Source: Camelus dromedarius (taxonomy: Eukaryota). From it: a stretch of DNA of 64,000 bases. Both the position numbers and the translations under genes were made by a program. The notes beneath the pieces were generated by a model. The model worked only from the letters and a program-made list of their open reading frames with translations, was not told the origin of the DNA and ran no database searches. Positions 12,461-25,887 of the stretch are shown here, in pieces (the first letter of the stretch is position 1; each line of letters starts with the position of its first letter). The stretch is from positions 26,970,001 through 27,034,000 of the forward strand of contig NC_087456.1 of NCBI RefSeq assembly GCF_036321535.1. The letters run 5' to 3'.

Positions 12461-13974
12461 CTCTTTGCTTTTTAGACTTCATGGAGGTAGTTTAGCGAAA
12501 GGGAGTTCCCCTTCAAACACACATACACACAACCATCCAACAAGACCTCCATCATTTCTTCACGATCCTATAAAAGGGAAAAAGGGGAAGACAAACACTT
12601 ATGGAGAGGGAGATTTTTCTCATAATGGCCCCAATAAATATGTTTGTTGTAGAGAAATACATGTGGAGGGAAGACGTGCAAGCCTGATGTTGAAGAAAGT
12701 CTTGTTCATGCTTAATACATTGGAGAAATTTCCAAGAGCTGCTCAACCATGTTAAAAAATATTAGCCCTGTGATGCTGCCAAGGACAGGGAGACCTATGC
12801 TGGCCAGCTGAATAAGTGTTGGCCCTTCAAGCTAAAGTGCCTGCGGGCAGAAATAATTTATGTACCCAATTTTTCCAGCATGTCAACAACTGAAATTTCA
12901 AGGAGGAATACATGTATCATGGGCACATGGGCTACTTGTTTATATACACACACACACACGTGTGCACACATGTATGCATATACGCTGGGAAGTCCCTGGA
13001 ATTTGCCTTTTTCTTCCAGAAAGACAAAAATAGAGCAAAGGAAAATGGGTTGTCCACTTCCATTATCAAGAGCTCAACCATTTCTCCCACATCCCAGGAT
13101 GGTCTGTGGGCTGTGAAAACAATCCAAGAAACAATCCAAGGATACAGAATAATTCCAGAATATGGGTTAAAGGTAGTGGCACGCTGCTTGGGTCACAAAT
13201 AATGCAAAGAAAAGTCACGTATCTGTAAGCTACTTCAAACTTTATCCTCCAAAGCAAATGACTGCAATTATTAAAGCCAGAAGACTGCTATGGTTCTTTC
13301 TTCCAAACGAGACTGCTCACCAGTAATAAGATAGTTAAAAATTCTGATTTCACAATGGAATTGGGTTGGTACAAAATCCCTCTCNNNNNNNNNNNNNNNN
13401 NNNNNNNNNNNNNNNNNNNNNNNNNNNNNNNNNNNNNNNNNNNNNNNNNNNNNNNNNNNNNNNNNNNNNNNNNNNNNNNNNNNNNNNNNNNNNNNNNNNN
13501 NNNNNNNNNNNNNNNNNNNNNNNNNNNNNNNNNNNNNNNNNNNNNNNNNNNNNNNNNNNNNNNNNNNNNNNNNNNNNNNNNNNNNNNNNNNNNNNNNNNN
13601 NNNNNNNNNNNNNNNNNNNNNNNNNNNNGACAGCACTTAGGGAAAGCAATGAATGTGTAATTGTCTGGGGCTTTTTAGAAAAAAAAAAAAAAGAGGAGCT
13701 CTTGAAAATTAACATTTTCACCCAATAATGTAACATGGTGATTGTATTCAGAATGTGCTTAAAAGAATATTTTAGAGCTTTAGCTTACAATGAAAGATAC
13801 ACAAGCATGGGCCCTATCATCAAAGACAATGTCCAATACGTATCTGCTGCTCCAGAAATTTTTGACAAACAACAAAGTGGACGTGGAAACCACAAGAAGG
13901 ATATCATGTCCATCCCATTAACATAGTAACCTCTGGAATGAATATAGAAACAGAATGAAACCTACAATTAAAGG

Positions 13975-14115
13975 ACTAGGCTATAAGCCCCTTAAGAGCA
14001 GCAAAGGTACATTTTGTCGTCACTATTGTAGTCCTTTTTTTTCTTTTTTCTTCTCCATTTTACACCCAATGCTTAACACAATGCCTGGAACAAAATGGTC
14101 ACTCAAATAATTGTT
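13975..14115 (+). mobile_element. L2 3' terminal fragment
   Basis: CTATAAGCCCCTTAAGAGCAG...CTTAACACAATGCCTGGAACAAAATGGTCACTCAAATAATTGTT matches the pattern of the L2 3' end. Confidence 0.5.
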
Positions 14116-14748
14116 AAAAGTATATTCAATAAATAAAATTATTCCCAGATGCTGACTCTGGTAAAAATCCCTGATTCTACAAACCATGTCATCTGTCTTC
14201 ACTTACTTCTTCTGGTTAAGTATTCAGTCCTGTAACAATCAGGAATAGTCTTCTCCCAGAGTGGGAGGGAAATGATCAGTCAAACGAGCAAAAGAATTAC
14301 TAGATTTTACTTGATTTCCATGATAGTTCTACATTCTTGGTCCCTGGTTCTTTACCTGATTTTTGACTTTGGCTGCTTGAGTGACCTACCCATGCAGATG
14401 TTTTAAAGGTATCAGCTCTTATTTACCTGTATCCCAACCTGTAGTCTTCTTTGACCTCGGGATGCACATGTCCTTTGACCCAGATAGGCATATGGACTTA
14501 CTTCATCAGTGCCCTCAATCTCTCTCTCTCCTTCTCTCTCTGAATCTTACTTTGATCCTTAATTATCTTTAGTATCTCAGACCGTGGTCTTGCAGAACAT
14601 AATGGAACTGGAGAATGGGGCTCCACTGATATATATTATTGATACATTCTCTGGTTTCAAAATATATGACTTGATGATCTTAATTTGAATTCACAGAAAT
14701 ACTTGTTAGTAAGCTTGCATATTTTTTGACTTAAAAAACTGTATTGTT

Positions 14749-14835
14749 CGAATATATGTATGTATATGCATGACTGGGACATTGTGCTGTACACCAGAAA
14801 TTGACACACTGTAACTGACTGTACTTCAATTAAAA
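14749..14835 (+). mobile_element. 87-bp extreme 3' end of young L1 with 16-bp TSD
   Basis: TSD AAAAAACTGTATTGTT at 14733-14748 and 14836-14851, preceded by TT (TT/AAAA L1 endonuclease site). The body TGACTGGGACATTGTGCTGTACACCAGAAATTGACAC...TTCAATT is near-identical to 1740-1800. Confidence 0.9.
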
Positions 14836-16489
14836 AAAAAACTGTATTGTTAAGCATAAACGTAAAACCCACTGAATGCATAGTGACAACAGCAAGCATG
14901 GAATGATTATTTAATTGTTGCCAAATAATTTGAATTTTTACAACACAAACTGGGTTTAAATTGACTAACAAATACCCCCAGTTCCAGTTTTCACGTGTCT
15001 GTGTATGTATGTGTGTAAATTGTACTGCAACTTGGAAAGTATTCTGCAATGCATCATAGAATGATCATACAACTTATTGTCCAAACTGAAACACTTTTGA
15101 GAGTGAAAGAGTGCGTAGTAAATAATTATACCAAGACAACAGGCATAAACTGAGACTTTTTGGAGAAAACTGGGATGTATGGTCACTTCCACAGACATGA
15201 CTGCGACTCCTTTTAATAAAACTGACAGACACCTGAAGGTAACCTGCATGGGAGCCAGCACCTGAGAAACTCTGGTCGGCAGGCGCCTACATTCGGCCAG
15301 ATTGTGAGTCATCATTCTGGAAGAAACTGGGGTTTTGATTTGGACTTTAGCAGTGTTTTGTAATCTGTTTCCTAGAGACCTGCCAATTTCTGGGCTGAAT
15401 ATGTAGACTCTCAGAAATCATCCATCTTGAATTGTTTGGAATAAAAATAGATTTCAGAATTCCAAGGAAAATGTGACAAGATTTTTATGAAATAGGAATG
15501 AGGAATAGAAATATACACATACAGGAATGGTAGGGCAAAGGGGCAAACAGATGTGAGAAATACTGGGAAACAGGGCAAAAAAAAAAATTTGGAGGTAGCC
15601 AGTAGCTTTATGGATGTAAATAAGATATACTGATTGAATTGGAAAATTAAGCTCTAAAAGAAATCTTCTGTTAGTGTTTTGATACTTAAGTTTCTGGTTA
15701 TTTCCAGAATCAGTATGAGAAGTAGGGTCTAATTTACCTTAAGGTCCTTAAAGTTATTTGCCATCTGCTCTTATGAACTTAAAATTGCCAAAGGAACAGA
15801 TCCTTTACATGTGCCTTCCTGTCCCAGATAGAGATAGTTCCATGTCCCCCTGGTGTCAGGTACTGAGGTAGGCAGAGCTCTGAGATGGTCCCAAGGTTCC
15901 CTTTCCCTGGTCCTCCTGCTCTGTATAATCGCCTTCTCTTGAGTGTAGTTAGGACCTGTGACTATGAAAGGATAGTCATTCCTTTTTCAGGTAACAATAT
16001 ATGACAAAGATAATGGGATAGTCATTCTCATGATGACTTTACTGAAAAAGCTGACTTTTGGTAAAACTTAGTGTGAGGACCAAATAAGCTTATTAGAACC
16101 TTCTGAACTGAACGAAGCCTCCCAGTCACAGGCAGCATCTGGAAAACCACAGGGTACGACTCTGTTACAGTGGGGTGGGGGGCCGCAGAGAGAGCACACG
16201 ACAAACCCCAGAGCACTACGAGGCTTAACTGAGCATGCTCATAACTTCTCGCAAACGCTCCAACCTGATAGTTTTCTCATCCCACCCTCTGGGTGAAGGG
16301 GTGGGACAAGAGGCAGAAAGACATTTCTAGGGGAGCTGCCTCCATGTGGAACTATGAAGGCAGGAGAGTATGTTTTGCCTCCAATGGAGAACTAGGGACA
16401 TGTGATTAATTCGCTTTCTGTTACTTTATCTTGAATCTAGATGGCACAGATCTACTGAAAGACCTTTGTCCCATCAGTTAAAAGAATGG

Positions 16490-17420
16490 TTCAGGACTTT
16501 ATGAAAAGCACTTCCAACTCAAAAATAGGAAGGCAGACAACCTGATTTAAAAAGGAACAAAAGATTTGAGCAGACACTTCAGCAAAGATCTCTAGGCAAT
16601 AAGCCACTAAAGTACGCTCACATTAGTAGTCATGAAGACTCATCTCCTTAGCACTAACTAGGGAAATGAAAACTAAAACCACAATAAAATACCAATACAC
16701 ACCCACTAAATGGCTAAAATTTAAAAGTTGATAATACCAAGTGTTGGCAAAAATGTGGAGCAAGTAGAACTCTCACGTGTTACCAGTGGGAATGCAAAAT
16801 GGTGGAGCCACTTTGCAAAGGAGTCTGGCAGTTTCTTATAAAATTGAACATGTATTTGTCTTACAACTCATCAATTCCACTTCTAAGTATTTACTTGAGA
16901 GGACTGAAAATTTATGTCTTATGCCAAGAGTTGTACATGAATATTCATAGCAGCTTTTTTCATGATAGCCAAAGGCTGAAAATAATCCGATCAACGATCA
17001 GCTGGCGAACACATACACAAAATGGTACAGCCATACAGCAGAATCCTCATTAGCAATAGGAAGGACAAACTGCAAATACAGGTAACAATATGTTTGAATC
17101 TCAAAAGTATTGTGCTAAGTGAAAGAAACCATTTATTAAAGACCACATGTTTTCACTTACAGGAAATTCTCTGATAGGTGAAACTATAGTTATGGAAAGC
17201 AGGTGAAAAAAAATAAAAAAGAAAGAAAGTAGGTGGGAAGTAGCTGGAATCCAGAGATGGGGAGTGGGAAGAGTGTTGACTGAGAGCAAGAATGAGAGAA
17301 CTTTGGGGGATGATGGAAATGCTCTATACTTTGGTTACGATGGCTGTGACATGATTATATGCATTTGTCAAATCTCATGGGACTGACGCTTATAATGAAT
17401 GAATTTAATTTTACATAAAG
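16490..17420 (+). mobile_element. Old L1M ORF2 end and 3'UTR
   Basis: AAAGATTTGAGCAGACACTTCAGC...AATACCAAGTGTTGGCAAAAATGTGGAGCAAGTAGAACTCTCAC...TGGAAATGCTCTATACTTTGGTTACG. Confidence 0.85.
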
Positions 17421-17899
17421 GTTGCAATTTCAGTCCTCAGATTATGCAACCTCTCAGGATACTGAAGAGGGATAATCAGGGCTGCTGAATGTGGTTATGT
17501 AAGTTGTGCAGTGAAACCTGCCCCACTGAATACAGAATGCATCTTTGAGAACCCCAGGTATCCCAGCTATTCACTAGCTTGTATCGTTTTCCTGTCCTTG
17601 TCTCACCCAAAGACCATCTTAAACCTGAATTGCTAATATAATTGCCTTCTAAAGCTTTAATTGGGAAATCTTATCCACACGAGTGTAAGGAACCTCAACT
17701 AAGTATGAGGCTTAATCACACTTAGTGGAATGGGGATGGAATAGATACAGATACACACAACGGACATGTCCTGTTCGCCTACTTGGTACCTTTCTCCTTG
17801 GGCCCTGTGCCTCCCCAATATTGTAATTATCCAACTGACTCCACGTAAATTATGTGGGGTGGATACTGCCCTTCCCCTGCTTCAGGTTCTGGCGTGGGC

Positions 17900-18245
17900 T
17901 CGTAACCCAGGTCCAGCAAGAGTCTTTCATCCCCCTGGCCACAGTATTTGCTTCATGGATGGTCATGTGACCTCAACAGGACATCAGCAGATTGTAAGGT
18001 GAAAAGGCCATGTAAAACTAAAGCTCTTGGGAGCTTTCTTTCTATATCATAGAAAGAGGCTGCCTGGGAGTGTAGCCAAGAGCTAAAAACTAAACCAAGA
18101 AATGAAAACAAACAGAGCCCTGATAGTACTTTTTGGGCATTGAATCCTACCACTCATGGACTTTTCAGTTACTAGAGCCAACAAGCGTCTCTTACATAAA
18201 AGATAGTCTGAGTTGAGTTTTTGTCACATGCAACCAAAAGAGCGC
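17900..18245 (+). mobile_element. Old MaLR LTR (MLT1J/K/L-like)
   Basis: GGATGGTCATGTGACC...GGACTTTTCAGTTACTAGAGCCAAC...GAGTTTTTGTCACATGCAACCAAAAG is a typical MLT1 3' end. Confidence 0.65.
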
Positions 18246-18519
18246 CAACTCTTACAAAACACAGAATATAGGAGACTTCATATGACAGAACAAAAACTAA
18301 AATGTAGAAAACGTTACTCAAAATTATAGGCAGTTGATATGTTGAATATTTAACTGGAGTCAAACCCTCACTCACCCTAATTCTAAAAATGACCACTGAC
18401 TCATCTTGTAACACTGAATCAATATCGCAAGCTTTCTGGGAGCAGTTTTCTAATCCATTCATAATAAAAATGACAATAAAATTATTCTAAGATATTATTT
18501 TTAACCTATTCATGATCAC

Positions 18520-19020
18520 ATTTAAAATCACTCTAAAATTTAGTGGCTTGAGGCAGGAGGGTATAGTTCAGTGGTAGAGTGTGTGCTTAGCATGCACAAG
18601 GTCCTGGGTTCAATCCCCAGTACCACTGTTGAAAAAACAAATAAGTAAACTTAACTACATCTCCCTGACAAAAAAAAAAAAAAATTAAAAATAAGTAAAT
18701 AAACCTAAAATTTAGTGGCTTGAAATAACCACCATTTGCTACCTCTCGTGAGTCTGTGGGTTGCCTGGGCTCAGTGGGATGGTCCTGATGAGGCTGGACC
18801 ATTCAAGGCGGCTGAGTTGCATGGCTAGCTCTGCCAGTCTGGTAGCTCATCTGGGGTTATCGGCCAGAGGATTTGGTTTCTCCTCCATATGGCTTGTACT
18901 TCTCATGGTCTGAGTTTTACAAGAGTGAGCATTTCAAGCTTGAGAAAGCAAAAGCTGCAGATTTCTTAAGCCCCAGCTTTAGCAGTTACACAGTATTCCT
19001 TCTAGAGCATTCTGTGTGGT
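18520..19020 (-). mobile_element. Old MaLR LTR split by a SINE
   Basis: CTAAAATTTAGTGGCTTGAAATAAC...TCTGTGGGTTG..CTGGGCTCAGTGGGATGGTC is antisense MLT1-like sequence on both sides of the SINE. Confidence 0.55.
18552..18704 (+). mobile_element. tRNA-Ala-derived SINE (camelid Vic-1-like) with 19-bp TSD
   Basis: Pol III A-box TAGTTCAGTGG and B-box GGTTCAATCCC; A-rich tail; exact TSD CTAAAATTTAGTGGCTTGA at 18533-18551 and 18705-18723. Confidence 0.95.
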
Positions 19021-19794
19021 TGCTTTTATGCAATGAAAATAATTTTTTGTATTACTTGTACAATTATATATTAAGGAAATTAAATTAATCCAAAAAAATA
19101 CATGTCAAATTTTGCCCCAAGGTGGCAGATGAGGCACTTTTCAAACAGTGGCTGCTCGGTGTGTTTTCTAAGGCTCACTTCCACCTTTTTCTCCTATCAG
19201 ACTCCCTCTCACTTGGTTGAAATACAAGACAGGGAGAGACAAGAACAGCTAAAGTGAACAGTGCTGATAAGTAGAATATAGTCATAGTAACAGGAGAGAA
19301 GACTAGACAATATGACTAAATAAAAACAAAACACCACCATCACTTCTACCCCCGAGACACCAGGTGACGTGCTAAAATGTGCCCTCAGATAATTACTGTA
19401 TAGAATGCAGTGTAGGCGAGTCAAATCAGCGAAACACGGGCTCGTTAGCCGTCCTTCCTATATTCTTGAAAAAAGAATTAAAGCCCATTTTCCAATAAAA
19501 GCGAGATTGATACTGTGCTGTAAACTGTCATACAGGATCCTTCCTGAGTTGAAATGGGTATGGGAAAAAAAAGTATCTTATTCTACATGTACAGGAGCAG
19601 TAGAGTGAAGGTTTCCATTTCCTTATTAATTCATTCAGAGACAGGTCCTGAACCTTCCATGTGCGATACGTAGATCCTGTAGAAGCCACAGGTATTCAAA
19701 CAATTACAGCAAGAATGTGTCTAGAAAGACGGCTGATAGACTATTCATTTGGGCTCAGAGGAGGCAAGAAGGATGATTAAAAATTACCACCAGT

Positions 19795-19995
19795 GGTATT
19801 GTAACATCTAATACTTTGAGTCCTTACTAAGTGCCAGGCATAAACTTTGCATGTTTGTGCTTTAATTCTTTCAACATCCCTGTGACATAGATATCATCAT
19901 TATCCCGTTTTTGGGGTAGGGATTCTGGTTAGAGACTTGAGTAATTCCTTCAAGGCCATGTAGCCAGTCAATAGTGGAGCCTGGATGCCAGCCCA
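19795..19995 (-). mobile_element. MIR SINE
   Basis: TACTAAGTGCCAGGCA...CAACATCCCTGTGACATAGAT...ATTATCCCG...CAAGGCCATGTAGCCAG is the MIR core. Confidence 0.7.
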
Positions 19996-21779
19996 TATCG
20001 TCTGGCCCCCACGTCGTTCCTTTCTTCAGGAACCATGCAACATCACTGGCCCAGGCGCTAGCCTGTAGCTGCTTTTTGGTGGATTGCTAAGGCTGCCATT
20101 CTGACACTTGGGAGAGGCGTAAGAGAAAGTGGTATTTTTGAAGACCTACAGTTGGTTGAACTTGGCGGGGCCTCAGTGCTGGTGAAGGAAAGTGGTCAGA
20201 CGTGAGGCTAGGCACAAAGCCGGAGGCTGAACCAGAAAAGAGTTACGTGCCAGCAAAGGAATTTGGATTTTATCATACATACTATAGGGGGATATCGAAA
20301 TGGAAAGACAAGTTAAGGCTCATAATTCCAGCAGCACAGAAGGCAAGGTGTTTTCTAAAGGTATTCCAGAAGTAAACAGATCAGCTGGGAAGGTGTTTAA
20401 AGAGTCCAATCAAGACATGAAAGCGGCCTGAACCACTAGGACGAGAGAGAATGCCAGTGCGAGGACGCTTCGCCCTCTCAAACTCATCAGTTGCCCTCCT
20501 TCTGAGACAAAAGTAATAGAGTTGTGCTCAACAAAACTGACATATCAAGGCACCAGATGCACTGTTTTTTTAACAGTCACATTCCAACACCGTGGCTACA
20601 ACCATAGGCTGGCGTTTCCTACCTGATTTTAATTCTGGGGGCGTGGACCTCAGTCTCTCAGCAATTCCTTTATTAACCTAGGGCCAATAGAGAATGTTGA
20701 TTTGAGTTGCTAGGATTCCATAGCTTAGAAGATGATTTTAAAAATATAGTGCAATGTTAACAGGTTTGTCAGTGACTTATGCAATGTACGGTCTTTCCTA
20801 AATATCATTTTGTTTGCCAATATGCCAGGCCTTTGAGTTTCACATTTGCCAGTGTCCCAGGCTGAAATTCCCAACAGGTCTTGAAGTGGGAAAAAGATAA
20901 AACTCAAGCAAGTGAATCTTGCTGCTTAATTGAAGCCCTTGTTTTAAAAAAAAGGGGGGGGGTGGTACATGAGGAGATTGAAAATATTACATAAATGGGA
21001 CTTGGCATTATTTGTTTTTTCCAATGATCCAATCACCATGGAAAATCAAGAATCAGTTACACTGTCAAGAATCCTCCTGGGGATGGAACAGAGCTCATGG
21101 AAATGAGTGCCATCATGGAGTCGGCTGGGCCAGCTTTTCAAGTTAAAAGTTAACGTTGGGTTACCTTTCAAGTAAGAGTGTTAATATTGTAAATGGTCTC
21201 TTTTTAAATGGTATTGTAGATAATACTTGTCATTTACTATTCGGATGAGTATTTAGGAACTTCAACAGATTTTAAATATACGGACAATTATTTCCGTAAG
21301 GAAAACTACCTACTATATCTTTATGTCATCAGAGCAAATAATTTAAGTATTTAAAAAATTCTGAATGCTAGTAGCAATCAATACTAATGCAAAAGAACTG
21401 CTCAAGTCCCTCTGACACAGAGGAAGCAGGCTGTACAAGGAGTCAGTGAGCGGACCTGGAGCAGCGAGCCCTGGCTTCGTCCTCTGCACCCAGACCGTGA
21501 TGTGTACCACCCCATATGCAAGGGCTTCTGTTGCTCCAGCTACACAGAGGAAGTAAGAATAACTTTCTTTATCCCTTACTGGCTCTGGAAAGATAAGTGA
21601 AAGGAGTTCCCATGCCAAGCACTCGATGAAAACCGATTTCAGCGCAACAACTTTATTGTTGTCTCGAGACCATAGTGACAAAGAAAGTATCTAATTGATT
21701 TCCTCCCCATGAAATTAACTGACTTTTAGTTTCACTGAGTTGATGGAACTGGCTGGCACCTTGGTCCAGGCCATCCCTT

Positions 21780-22450
21780 CTTCTTAGACAGATCCCACAT
21801 CCAGTCAAGCCCATGCCCTGCTGATTTCAGCTTCTAAACATCTCACATGACTGCCTCCTCTTTTCAGCACCCATGCCATTTCACCTGGTTTAAGGACAGA
21901 TCATTTTTCAACAAATGTTGCAGTAGCTTCTTAACTAACTTCCCTGCTTCTATTTTGTTCTATTCAGATCTCCCCTCTTACTGTAACCAGACTCGCTTTT
22001 CTAAACCTCAGTTCCCCTTGTCAATGGTTTCTTATTTCCTATGGTAGAAAGTCCACGCTCCTTGGCCCAACTTGCAAGAATTTTCAGGAACCGGCTCCCC
22101 TTTATGTCTTCAATTTTTGCTCCTCGTTACTGTCAACTTTGTGTCTCACACCCCGATGACAGCAAACCCCCTGCAGGTCCTTGCATTTCATCCTGCTAAG
22201 TCTTCCCTCTCCCTGGGACACTGGTCCTACCTTTCTTCACCTGGGTCACATTCATCATTACTAAAGCTTTGCTAGTCATCATCTCCTCCTAAACTTTTCA
22301 TTCCAGTCATTCCTCCTCCTGTTTTCATAGCCCTCTGTCCTTGCCGCTACCAGCGCACTTTTTTCTTATGCCGACATGGCATTCTCCCACAAGACTGTAT
22401 TTTGGTCATCTTTGTCTCCAAAACCCAAGTCAATGGATGGTTCATGGTAA
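21780..22450 (+). mobile_element. Degenerate L2 fragment
   Basis: Pyrimidine-rich L2-like sequence (CTTCCCTGCTTC...CAGATCTCCCC...CACACCCCGATGACAGCAAAC...CCCACAAGACTGT...GTCATCTTTGTCTCC). Confidence 0.6.
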
Positions 22451-22569
22451 CCTTCAACAATGTCCCTTCCTCTGATTCTCTTTCTCTCTTCTGTGTATCC
22501 TCATTCTTTTATTTCTTGTACAGAAATTTAAAGCTGAAATTAGAGACCATCTTGCCCAGTCCTTTGCTC

Positions 22570-22765
22570 TCCCCCTCCCCATTTACAGAAGAGGAAACTG
22601 AGATCAGAGTTATGTGCCCAGGACCCCACAGCCAAGTAGGGACAGAGTCTGACATAGAACCCAGTTCTCCAGAGAATAAAGGCTAAACTAAATGAAACAG
22701 AAGGTATGGCAACGTTCTTGGCAGAAAGCTTAGCACATAGTAGGCACTTAGTAAGTGACAGTGTG
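22570..22765. mobile_element. Two MIR fragments in opposite orientation
   Basis: CCCATTTACAGAAGAGGAAACTGAGATCAGAG (antisense core) and CTTAGCACATAGTAGGCACTTAGTAAGTG (sense 3' end). Confidence 0.6.
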
Positions 22766-22889
22766 TGTCTCTTCTTAGCCTGGTTGCCTTTCCAGGATAT
22801 TCCATAGCCCTTCCATACAAGAAACTTTTCCAATTGCCTTCCTTCTGCACTTCAGACCCTTGGGTGGATACAGCCACAGAGACCATAGC

Positions 22890-23640
22890 TTGGAAAGTAC
22901 TCGAGAGGAACGGTGTTTTATAAATCCAACATTGCTGACTGCNNNNNNNNNNNNNNNNNNNNNNNNNNNNNNNNNNNNNNNNNNNNNNNNNNNNNNNNNN
23001 NNNNNNNNNNNNNNNNNNNNNNNNNNNNNNNNNNNNNNNNNNNNNNNNNNNNNNNNNNNNNNNNNNNNNNNNNNNNNNNNNNNNNNNNNNNNNNNNNNNN
23101 NNNNNNNNNNNNNNNNNNNNNNNNNNNNNNNNNNNNNNCTAGATATCAACACTGACTTTTATCACAAAGTACATAAAACATATGACCTTTCTGGCTGCAG
23201 TACACAAATGTCCCCCAAAATCATATTGAGCTTGTTTCACATCTTAAACTTATTACTGCCGAGGGCAGATGTAAAATGTGACTAGTGTTTTATACGCTGT
23301 AAAATGATGAAGTTCTGGAAAATTACAGATGTAAGCGCTTCGGTCTCTGAAACTTAACATTCCGTTCTATAAATATCACAACTTCGACCTCTTATTTTTG
23401 ATCATAATATTGCAACCTAAAACACGCTGGAAAACTGTATATAAACAAAAATACTGGTAAAGGGGAGGATAACTGTTTAACTTAAGCATGTAAGTTTGTC
23501 TTCTAGAATGGATGGGAAATTTAATTTTGTTACCTATGGACATACAGATGTTATTCTGCAAAGATGCATTTTATCACAGTCATTAAGAAATATTTTTATA
23601 TAGTGTCAAAAAAAAACCTAAACTATTAACCATGATTTTA
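22890..23640. promoter_or_regulatory. Candidate conserved distal enhancer, partly hidden by N-run 22943-23138
   Basis: Repeat-free and AT-rich but with clustered CpGs at 23260-23430; TFAP2-type GCCGAGGGC at 23258-23266; TATAAACA forkhead-type site near 23440. Confidence 0.45.
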
Positions 23641-25019
23641 TGAAGGCCCCATCAATGTCCCCCAGAAGTGACAGATCCTTCTGTGTCTTTGTTATTCCAG
23701 CTTGGACATGACTGCTTAATATTCAAAAAATCAGAGTGCAAAGGAATTTCCAGAAGTCAGGTTCTCGAAGTGGCTTTGCAAAGCACTAATTTCTAAAGCC
23801 TTTATAAAGTGATTTGATTAAGACCTTCACTGAAAACCTTGATTTCTTTTTTTTTTTCATCATCTGGTTTTCTCCTCTTTCCAAAGGAAGTGACCAGCCA
23901 AAACTGTCTGTATGCAACAAAAAGATAAAAATTTCAATTAGGCTCAGTGCTGTCATAAGCAGACCACATGAGAAAGTCTGAGATAATCCACATTACATAC
24001 TGATGTCCATCAGCCCCGCNNNNNNNNNNNNNNNNNNNNNNNNNNNNNNNNNNNNNNNNNNNNNNNNNNNNNNNNNNNNNNNNNNNNNNNNNNNNNNNNN
24101 NNNNNNNNNNNNNNNNNNNNNNNNNNNNNNNNNNNNNNNNNNNNNNNNNNNNNNNNNNNNNNNNNNNNNNNNNNNGCCTATTACAGTTACCGTGCAAATA
24201 GTAGGACTGTCAGAAATGGAGATTTAAAGAATATTACTTAAAAGAGGTGGGCTTCCTTGATTTATAAATGTTGTATTATGTGTCATACATGCACTAGTTT
24301 TAAAATCAGGTGCAGTGCAGAGATGGAGGTCACACGAAAGACTTTCAGGATGGAGCGGGGTTGTGGGGGGAGCCTTCTCAATCCTTTTGTTGTGATTTAA
24401 TAGTTCTTTAAGCCAAACAGTCTTTGGCCTATCTTGCTAAAATTTCTCAGATAGTTTTATTCAAAGCAATCATTTATTTCTGTGTCTCCAACAAGAAGCA
24501 TCAATTGAGTAAGACCTGGAAGGCACCATCTTCACATCCTCTTTCACTGTGTGATTGCAGGTCTTATGAACATAGTGCTCAAGGAGTCGTGTCCTGTCCT
24601 TGGAGCAGGTAGCTAGAGCCTGTGGCTGGCCAGGCAGGTGCAGCATGGTGGGAGGCAAGGGGTGAGGGTATCAGGATCCCAGGGACACTGAAGACAGTTC
24701 TGTATTAAAGAGCAACTCACATCACATGCTGGGAGCTGGGAAGCCGCAGGGGCTTGGGGAAGAAAATCAAGTCGAGTTTTATGACCCTCTGCTTTTCCTT
24801 TTTTTGTCTCCGTTCTCCAAATCAGCTGCCCATTCATAGCCATACTTACACGACTTCGCTAGCTGACAACCAGTTCTTGATGATATCATTCCGAGCTGGC
24901 TCAAAGCTGAGCCTTTCCAAGAAAAGCTGCCCCAAAAGAGTCTCTACATGGTCGCTTAATTACTTTACAGAAGGATAGGGGGGTTGGAGCTGTTTGGAAC
25001 ATGTTGGACAGGGGGAAAG

Positions 25020-25245
25020 TCCTTTGTTCATTGAATAAATACATGGAGATTCTAGAAAAGAGACGAAAGCTGTCTTGTGGAGCTTAGATTCTACTGGGAG
25101 AGTGGTAAGCCAACAACTAAAGATGTAAATTGTGCCAGGTGCTGTGAAGACAAATATTATGAGAACAAAACAGGAAACTTCGTTTTGATAGGAAGATCCA
25201 GGAAGGCTTCCTTGAGGAAGCAACATTGAAGCTGAGGGTTAAGTA
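25020..25245 (-). mobile_element. L2 3' fragment
   Basis: TTTGTTCATTGAATAAATACAT...GTGGAGCTTAGATTCTACTGGGAGAG...GAAGGCTTCCTTGAGGAAG...GAAGCTGAG. Confidence 0.55.
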
Positions 25246-25887
25246 GGAGTCTCCCACCCCCAACCTTGGTCCCAGGCCTATAAGTGGTGTGGATTACATG
25301 TGCTAACATATCATTGAACAGAACTAGTCATACTAGTCACATGGTCCCACTCAGATGCAAAGGCAGCTGGGAAATGAGGGCGTCCTGTTGCCCTTGAGGA
25401 AAACAAGAATAGTGAGGCAACACACGGACTCGTCTCTGCAGAGCACCTTGGGCAATGGCCAATTTCAGTACTTTAGAATCTCAGGAATACAATTCGCCTG
25501 CCACCCCAGCCCCACCCCATCCCACCCCATCCCAACTGCACTCATCTCTGTTTGCACGCTGACTTTCAGGGACCAGATTTAAGCTCTCCAGTGCAGTCCC
25601 TAAGAAGTTCTCTGCCTATCGCCAAGCAGATGGAATTTCCCTGGGGTGTGTGAGAGGAAGCTGATGAAGGCTGGAGTAGAATAGAGGAGACAAGAGTTGT
25701 TTCGTTTAAGAAACGTGAATGGCATGGGAGCAGACAAATGAATCTGATGCAAGGACTTAATCAGAAAGCACAAATGAAATGAGCTACAAACATCCTGGAA
25801 AGTAGGGCCACTCAAACTGGTTGATCCAGGAAAGATGGGCTCAGTGAGGGGGAGAAAGACAATGAGGGGAAGAAGGAAAAAGAGATG

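Noticed and set aside
18552-18630. tRNA-Ala(AGC)-like genes (also 47782-47869 and 52021-52100)
   Set aside because: A-rich tails, long TSDs and substitutions in stem and box positions mark them as SINE retrocopies, not functional tRNA genes.
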